Origin: Chiloscyllium plagiosum | Lineage: Eukaryota | Reading direction: 5' to 3' | DNA: 28,533 nt | NCBI RefSeq assembly: GCF_004010195.1 | Contig: NC_057728.1 | Location: 54,718,719 to 54,747,251 of the forward strand | Shown: piece after piece, positions 21,980 to 28,533 of the stretch | How positions within the stretch are numbered: position 1 is the stretch's first letter | Layout: every line of letters starts with the position of its first letter | Notes under the pieces: generated by a model | What the model saw: only the letters and a program-made list of their open reading frames with translations | Database searches by the model: none | Told to the model about the DNA's origin: nothing | Translations under genes and position numbers: made by a program

Positions 21980-22250
21980 AAGCCATCTCAGTTAGATTTA
22001 AAATACCCCACAACAGTATTTTGAAGAGCAGTGGGCAAGTTCTCCCCACTGACCTGGCCAATATTAATCCCTTGAGCTAAGGTTTGGAAATAGATTCTCT
22101 GATCATTATCACATTATTGTCTGTGGGACTGTGTTTTGTGAAAACGGTTGCCCACGATTTCAATATTACATTCCCCCAGAAAATTCCAATTTGGCTACAA
22201 AGTGCTTTGTGATGCCCTAAGGCCAAGAAAAATGTATTTGTTTTATAAAC
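21980..22250 (+). mobile_element. Degraded DeuSINE-type fragment
   Basis: gaagagcag...gttctcccc...cctggccaatattaatccc...atcattatcacatt; overlaps 7560-7780 in sequence similarity. Confidence 0.6.
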
Positions 22251-22557
22251 TAGTGTTACCAAACATGACATGTGATTCTCTCCTATGTTTATTCGTATCA
22301 CATGTCAGGATATCCCAGTATACATCACAATGAATTATATTTTCCCAAGTGCTATAGCAGCAATGGGTTAGTCAATTTGTGCTCAGCAAAGCCCAAGTAA
22401 CACCATTTCCTCCTTTAGCTGGTAGCAAGGAGCATCAGTCAGTACATGCTTCTCAGCTTCCAGTATTGCCAAAGTGAAGAATAAACAGCGGGTCTTGGTT
22501 TAATCCCTCAGCTAAGAGATGGCACATTTGCCAATGCAGCCGTCCCATGGCACCGTA

Positions 22558-22985
22558 AAGGTAAAGCCGCCATACTCCCAGAGGATTGTTGTCGTACTAG
22601 TGACAGACAACTGGTAGTGGGGTTAACATGAGGGTCACTGAAATAACTTCACAGAGGCTGGTATCCTGTCACCAAGTCATCCTTTATTTACGCGTGGAGA
22701 GTCCTTGACACTGCTGGAGCTCCCTCAGAGCCAGCTCTCAGAATCTCAGACACTCCTATTTATATCAGTGAGCCAGCACTCCCTGATCCAGACAGGACAC
22801 TCCTATTCCCTGAGGTCCACCAGACTGACCTTGTTAATATCACTACAGTCACGCGTCTCCTGGCAAGGGGCGAGGTTGAGAAGGTAGGAACTTCATGTTA
22901 ACTTCAGCCGCTCCAGGAATTGAATGCACACTGTTGGTGTCACTGTACATCATAAACCAGCCGTCTAGCTAATGGGGTTAACCCG
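22558..22985 (-). mobile_element. tRNA-derived SINE split by a solo LTR
   Basis: 22558-22638 plus 22853-22985 reconstitute a copy like 21225-21430. Confidence 0.7.
22639..22847 (-). mobile_element. Solo LTR (209 bp)
   Basis: TG...CA termini; 5-bp TSD gtcac (22634-22638 and 22848-22852); minus-strand TATAAATA (22757-22764) followed by AATAAA (22683-22688). Confidence 0.82.
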
Positions 22986-22997
22986 CCCAGTGTCAGC

Positions 22998-23026
<29 letters not shown>
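22998..23026. repeat. (TG)14 microsatellite
   Basis: Seen directly. Confidence 0.97.
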
Positions 23027-23030
<4 letters not shown>

Positions 23031-23184
23031 ACTGGGTCTTGCAGCCAGAACTGTTTGACTCAAAAATGATAATATCAAGATTTTGATATATTCTTTCTAT
23101 AATAAGATTTCTAATATTTAGTATGACATGAGTTAGAATGCTAAATGTGAACATCTGCATTGTGCCTTTGATTTTTATTTGCAG

Positions 23185-23230
23185 AAATCACTGACGACCT
23201 GTGCAACATGACCTGCCATTCGAGTGCTAA
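23185..23230 (+). CDS. STAB2: Stabilin-2 exon J ((Q)ITDDLCNMTCHSSA(N))
   Basis: Acceptor tttttatttgcag, donor gtacgt; 46 nt, phase 1/2. Parallels recalled human TTEDNCNGTCHTSAN. Confidence 0.93.
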
Positions 23231-23346
23231 GTACGTGCCCCTCCACCATTTTCCTTTGGGTAACAGAACAGTTTCAACCTTAATCAGATTCATAGGTAGC
23301 CAACTTATTTGGTGTTAACATTTTGAACTTTTAATCCTCTTCACAG

Positions 23347-23423
23347 CTGCATCTCTGAAATATCTGGCAACCCATACTGTAAATGTGTAACTGGCTTCAA
23401 AGGCAATGGCACATTCTGTGAAG
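23347..23423 (+). CDS. STAB2: Stabilin-2 exon K (CISEISGNPYCKCVTGFKGNGTFCE), EGF-like
   Basis: Acceptor cctcttcacag, donor gtaagg; 77 nt, phase 2/1. Confidence 0.95.
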
Positions 23424-25138
23424 GTAAGGTAGGACTCTGAGCTCTTACTGTTGGAACCTCTTTCCCCACAGATGAACTATAGTTGATAAATACTTTATTT
23501 GAAGAGGTGCATTATAATGGAATGGAAAAAGGAATAATTGAGCACAGTACGCTGATATAGTGAGATTAAACTGAATGAGCAAAGTGCCTGTGGATGATAA
23601 ATACAGCAGCGACCAGTTAAGACATAAATTCAGGCAGTAAATTCTTTATAATTTTATAAGTCATGTCAATATTTCCATTCCATCAGTTCATTCAAACTCC
23701 TAAAAAGAGAGGCAGGTTCTGGTTTCCATTCTGTCTAGCAATTAATCTTTGAGCTAATTCATCAGTGTTTAATCAATATCAGCTCAAAGCCTTAAAGTGG
23801 GCCATGTTTACATTAGTACAGGGAACAACATGTTAGATGGTACCATCTTCACTTCTACAACACAGCACACCCTCTGACTTAATTATAAATCACAAATAGG
23901 ACATACACACCATTCATTTTCTACTCCAAAGTGATACATTTTGAAAGTGCAAAATAATTTTAAATAAAAATAAACTATTTAATTTCCCTCACTGAAACTT
24001 TAAATTTATAAGAAATTTGTAATCTGTAAAGTTTCTGCTTTCCCACACAGCAGTTGCATTCTGGCTGACCCAAGGCTGCATTCACTCAGTGGCAGCAGAT
24101 TATTGCATAATGCTTGTTCTGGCTGGTGTTCCCATTGCTGTGCAAAAGCACATCATCTGACTTAGTGTGAGTGTAGTAAACCTCTTCCTACTGCTCCCTC
24201 GACCATGACCCCCCCCCCCTTCACCAAACCATCATCTCCTTATCACAGAACCTTATCACCTCAGGAGATCTCCCACCCACAGCTTCCAACCTCATAGTCC
24301 AGGAACCCCGCACTGCCCTGTTCTACCTCCTTCCCAAGATCCACAAGCCTGACCACCCCGGCCGACCCATTGTCTCAGCATGCTCCTGCCCCACTGAACT
24401 CATCTCTACCTACCTCGACACTGTCCTATCCCCCCTAGTCCAGGAACTCCCCACATACGTTCGAGACACCACCCACGCCCTCCACCTCCTCCAAGACTCC
24501 CGTTTCCCCGGCCCCCAACGCCTCATCTTCACCATGGATATCCAATCCCCCTACACCTCCATCCGCCATGACCAGGGCCTCCAAGCCCTCAGTTTTTTCC
24601 TCTCCAGACGTCCCCAACAGTACCCTTCCACCGACACTCTCATTCGCTTGGCCGAACTGGTCCTCACCCTTAACAAATTCTCCTTTGAATCCTCCCACTT
24701 CCTCCAGACCAAAAGGGTAGCCATGGGCACACGTATGGGCCCCAGCTATGCCTGTATCTTTGTTGGCTACGTAGAACAGTTGATCTTCCGTAATTACACA
24801 GGCACCACTCCCCACCTCTTCCTCCGCAACATTGATGACTGCATTGGCGCCACCTCGTGCTCCCACGAGGAGTTGGGCAATTCATTAATTTCACCAACAC
24901 ATTCCACCCTGACCTTAAAATTTACCTGGACCATCTCTGACACCTCCCTCCCCTTCCTGGACCTCTCCATCTCCATCAGTGACGACCGACTTGACACTGA
25001 CATCTTCTACAAACCCACCAACTCCCACAGCTACCTGGATTACACCTCTTCCCACCCTACCTCTTGCAAAAATGCCATCCCGTATCCCCAATTCCTCCGC
25101 CTCCGCCGTATCTGCTCCCAGGAGGACCAATTCCACCA

Positions 25139-25678
25139 NNNNNNNNNNNNNNNNNNNNNNNNNNNNNNNNNNNNNNNNNNNNNNNNNNNNNNNNNNNNNN
25201 NNNNNNNNNNNNNNNNNNNNNNNNNNNNNNNNNNNNNNNNNNNNNNNNNNNNNNNNNNNNNNNNNNNNNNNNNNNNNNNNNNNNNNNNNNNNNNNNNNNN
25301 NNNNNNNNNNNNNNNNNNNNNNNNNNNNNNNNNNNNNNNNNNNNNNNNNNNNNNNNNNNNNNNNNNNNNNNNNNNNNNNNNNNNNNNNNNNNNNNNNNNN
25401 NNNNNNNNNNNNNNNNNNNNNNNNNNNNNNNNNNNNNNNNNNNNNNNNNNNNNNNNNNNNNNNNNNNNNNNNNNNNNNNNNNNNNNNNNNNNNNNNNNNN
25501 NNNNNNNNNNNNNNNNNNNNNNNNNNNNNNNNNNNNNNNNNNNNNNNNNNNNNNNNNNNNNNNNNNNNNNNNNNNNNNNNNNNNNNNNNNNNNNNNNNNN
25601 NNNNNNNNNNNNNNNNNNNNNNNNNNNNNNNNNNNNNNNNNNNNNNNNNNNNNNNNNNNNNNNNNNNNNNNNNNNNNN
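25139..25678. other. Assembly gap (N run)
   Basis: 540 N. Confidence 1.
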
Positions 25679-25752
25679 CTACTCTATGCTACTTTCTCCC
25701 CACCCCCACCCCCCTCTCACTTATCTCTCCACCCTTCAGGCTCTCTACCTGT

Positions 25753-25788
25753 ATTCCTGATGAAGGGCTTTTGCCCGAAACGTTGATT
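25753..25788 (+). ncRNA. Minimal type I hammerhead ribozyme motif in the PLE 3' pLTR
   Basis: CTGATGA (25757-25763), A, GGGC-tttt-GCCC, GAAA (25777-25780), CG, TT; GUU triplet. Activity is untested. Confidence 0.7.
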
Positions 25789-26243
25789 TTACTGCTCCTT
25801 GGATGCTGCCTGAACTGCTGTGCTCTTCCAGCACCACTAATCCAGAATTAGTGTGAGTGTGATCCACTTGTATGGTTAAAAGGTATTGTTAACTATCGCA
25901 CAATGGCACCCTCAGAATAGATTTCACTGAATGCCTGTCTCTAGCAATCCCTTAATCTATTGTGCAAGTTAAGAGTGGGTTGAGAGTTGTCAAATTAAGG
26001 AGCAGGAGTTGGCAATTCAGCCCCTCGATCTTGCTGCACTATTTAATGAAATTGTGACTGATCTCATCTCAGCCTCAACTCCATTCCCTGGAACCCTTTC
26101 ACCGTTAATAATTTAACCTATTCCTCTTTAAATTTATTCATTGATCCTTGTGCTATTGAACAAAAGTTAACAATATTGAGTGTACCTTAGTGATGTTACT
26201 ATTAGTTTACAATGACAATTCTGATCTATAATGTGTATCACAG

Positions 26244-26369
26244 CTGTTAATGCCTGTGAGATAAATAATGGAGGTTGCTCACCAAATGCCGACTGCAAGA
26301 TAACGCTCCCTGGGAGACGGGATTGCCTTTGTCAGACAGGATACACCGGTGATGGGCTTATATGCATTG
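26244..26369 (+). CDS. STAB2: Stabilin-2 exon L ((A)[41 protein letters not shown]), EGF-like
   Basis: Acceptor atcacag, donor gtaaga; 126 nt, phase 1/1; six-Cys EGF pattern. Confidence 0.96.
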
Positions 26370-26519
26370 GTAAGAACAATGTACATCTTTTTTATATAGC
26401 CGCCCATTCAATAAGATTCACATTTCAAATATGGACAAATATGGTCCAAAATTGACTAAAGAGTTGAATTCCAGAGGTGGGGTGATAGTGACTGCTTCCA
26501 CACTGTAGGGATTCTACGA

Positions 26520-26990
26520 AATTATCATCATTAAATACTTCACCTTCAATATCCCAGGGTTACCATTGGCTGGACACTTATATCCACCATATAACCGCAG
26601 TGGTAACAACACCAGATTTAGGGTGTTTTGAGTGTAACTCATTCTTGTCCTCCCAAAGACTTGTCCACTATTCACTTGCCTGGATGAGTGCAGCTCCAAA
26701 TCCACTCAAGAAAGTCAACACCATTCACCACAAAGCAGCCCACGTGGTTGTGAATTACCTTAGACATCTACTACCAGTGCACAGTGGCAGCTGTATATAC
26801 TATCTTTAAGATCCTTTGCAATAATTTTCAAAGCCTCTATCAAGGGTACCTTCCTAACCCACAACCTCCATTGCCTGGAATGACACAGCCAACATGGCAA
26901 AAGCACCACCTGCAAGTTCCCCTAAATCACACACCATTCTGACTTGGAATTGTATCACTGACTTCACTGTTGCTGGTGTTGTAATCAATA
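26520..26990 (+). mobile_element. Degraded L2/CR1-type LINE fragment (tail remnant also at ~27220-27375)
   Basis: cacttgcctggatgagtgcagctccaa...ctcaagaa is the reverse complement of sequence at 5150-5200 and 12590-12640. Confidence 0.65.
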
Positions 26991-27489
26991 CTGCCTGCCT
27001 GCAGTGATCTTTGGTTGGAGGTCATCCAACTCTAGTCTAGCTCATAGAGATGTCAAGAATCAGGTAAAGTTTACAATAAGATGTTCATTACTGCAGTTTA
27101 TATCAATTACACAAGAACTTCTGTATCTTTTTCTCAGCTGTCAGTGTCTCAATCTTTCTAAGACTGTCCATGTGACTCTCTGCATGCCAATCACACACTT
27201 TCAGATATTAACCCTTTCAGGCCCATTAACAATAGCAAGGTCAAAATCCTGGAACTATGTTCCCATCAGTTCATTTCTGACTATTTCTCATGGACTACAG
27301 TAGTCTAATAAGGCAGCTGTCAAAGATGATTAGGGATGGATAATAAATGCTGAGAAATTCATATTTCATGTGCAATTTTAATGTTTTTGTTTATATAACT
27401 ACCTATGCAAGTTGTTATATAAACAAAAACTCACAGTGACAAAATTAATTTATAAAAGGCATAATTTCACTTTTTTATTAAAACTAAAG

Positions 27490-27563
27490 GAATCAACCCT
27501 TGCTTGGAGAATAATGGAGGATGCCATACAAATGCTGAATGCACTCAAACTGGGCCAAACCAG
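27490..27563 (+). CDS. STAB2: Stabilin-2 exon M ((G)[24 protein letters not shown]), first half of an EGF-like domain
   Basis: Acceptor ctaaag, donor gtcagt; 74 nt, phase 1/0. [24 protein letters not shown] matches recalled STAB2. Confidence 0.93.
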
Positions 27564-27812
27564 GTCAGTAAAGCTAATTCTCCACACTTCAGGTCAAGCT
27601 CAATTCACCACTTTTGTAGCTCCTCATAACATGGGGTTCATTGTACGTTGTTCTGACCCCTAGGAATTTGCTCCTGTCCACGGCCAGCACTGTGGTTACC
27701 CTACCTGTTAGCCCATAACCAGTAAGGGGCAATAGAGAGCCAACAATTACAGAAATCAGGCAATTGGTCTACTTGCATTCTCTGGAGGGAACTCAATGAA
27801 ACATCAAGAGCA

Positions 27813-28533
27813 TTTAGACAATAGACAATAGGTGCAGGAGTAGGCCATTCTGCCCTTGAGCCTGCACCACCATTCAATATGATCATGGCTATCATCCTTA
27901 ATCAGTATCCTGTTCCTGCATAATCTCCATAACCCTTGATTCCACAATCCTTGGGAGCTCTATCCAACTCTTTCTTAAATGAATCCAGAGACTGGGCCTC
28001 CACTGCCCTCTGGGGCAGAGCATTCCACACAGCCACCACTCTCTGGGTGAAGAAATTTCTCCTCATCTCTGTCCTAAATGGTCTACCCTGTATTTTTAAG
28101 CTGTGTTCTCTGGTTCGGCACTCACCCATTAGCGGAAACATGTTTCCTGTCGCCAGAGTGTCCAATCCTTTAATAATCTTATATGTCTCAATCAGATCCC
28201 CTCTCAATCTTCTAAACTCAAGGGTATACAAGCCCAGTCGCTCCAGTCTTTCAGTGTAAGGTATTCCCGCCATTCCAGGAATTGACCTCGTGAACCTACA
28301 CTGCACTCCCTCAACAGCCATTTAATAATCTTATATGTCTCAATCAGATCCCCTCTCAATCTTCTAAACTCAAGGGTATACAAGCCCAGTCGCTCCAGTC
28401 TTTCAGTGTAAGGTATTCCCGCCATTCCAGGAATTGACCTCGTGAACCCACACTGCACTCCCTCAACAGCCAGGATGTCTTTCCTCAAATTTGGAGACCA
28501 GAACTGCACACAATACTCCAGGTGTGGTCTCAC
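27813..28533 (-). mobile_element. Young CR1 LINE 3' portion (continues beyond the window)
   Basis: RPHLEYCVQFWSP, FRRLRGDLIETYKII, FFTQRVVAVWNALP; tail cctattgtctattgtcta on the minus strand. Confidence 0.93.
28169..28472. repeat. Tandem duplication of 152 bp inside the CR1 (28169-28320 and 28321-28472), 1 mismatch
   Basis: Base-by-base comparison. Confidence 0.93.

Larger units (their letters stand above)
24175..25847 (+). mobile_element. 5'-truncated Penelope-like retroelement (RT domain; 3' part of the ORF lies in the gap) with 3' pLTR and 13-bp TSD
   Basis: LPKIHK, GRPIVS, MDIQSPYTSI, VAMG, RNIDD (YIDD-like), LPFLD, YKPT and QFLRLRRICS are PLE RT motifs. TSD ttagtgtgagtgt at 24162-24174 and 25848-25860. 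Confidence 0.92.

Noticed and set aside
21980..22557. Inverted DeuSINE pair forming a pre-mRNA hairpin
   Set aside because: The copies are too diverged for me to identify extended complementarity by eye.
24435..25136. Minus-strand Gly/Val/Glu-rich ORFs
   Set aside because: Shadows of the C-rich PLE RT frame.
1174..27563. Assignment as STAB1
   Set aside because: [36 protein letters not shown] and ECTQTGPNQ match my recollection of STAB2, not STAB1. A reciprocal BLAST would confirm.

Overview
Eukaryotic genomic DNA, most likely from an elasmobranch shark (inferred from HE1/V-type SINEs, DeuSINE remnants and CR1/HER1-like LINEs). The window lies inside one large + strand gene, stabilin-2 (STAB2, the HARE scavenger receptor). 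I traced 13 consecutive internal GT-AG exons (1174-27563). They splice in phase into a stop-free 1314-nt/438-aa stretch: the end of one FAS1 domain, a complete FAS1 domain, a Cys-rich linker and an EGF-like cluster. Neither the gene start nor the gene end is in the window. The introns are mostly transposon relics: CR1 LINEs, L2/CR1-type LINE tails, several SINE families, a solo LTR and Penelope-like elements (PLEs). There are two assembly gaps (15993-16800 and 25139-25678). The most notable non-gene signal is a set of PLE terminal repeats carrying minimal hammerhead-ribozyme motifs (CUGANGA-A-stem II-GAAA-CG-UH). Two have intact cores, lie on the STAB2 sense strand and would therefore be in the pre-mRNA. 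Several short copies end right at the ribozyme core. Other points of interest are a locally templated 174-bp insertion inside a SINE, a three-layer nested insertion, and divergence at the site where mammalian STAB2 is cleaved to the short HARE isoform. I found no evidence of a wholly new biological system; PLE-associated hammerheads are a known class. Family names and human comparisons come from recall, not from database searches.
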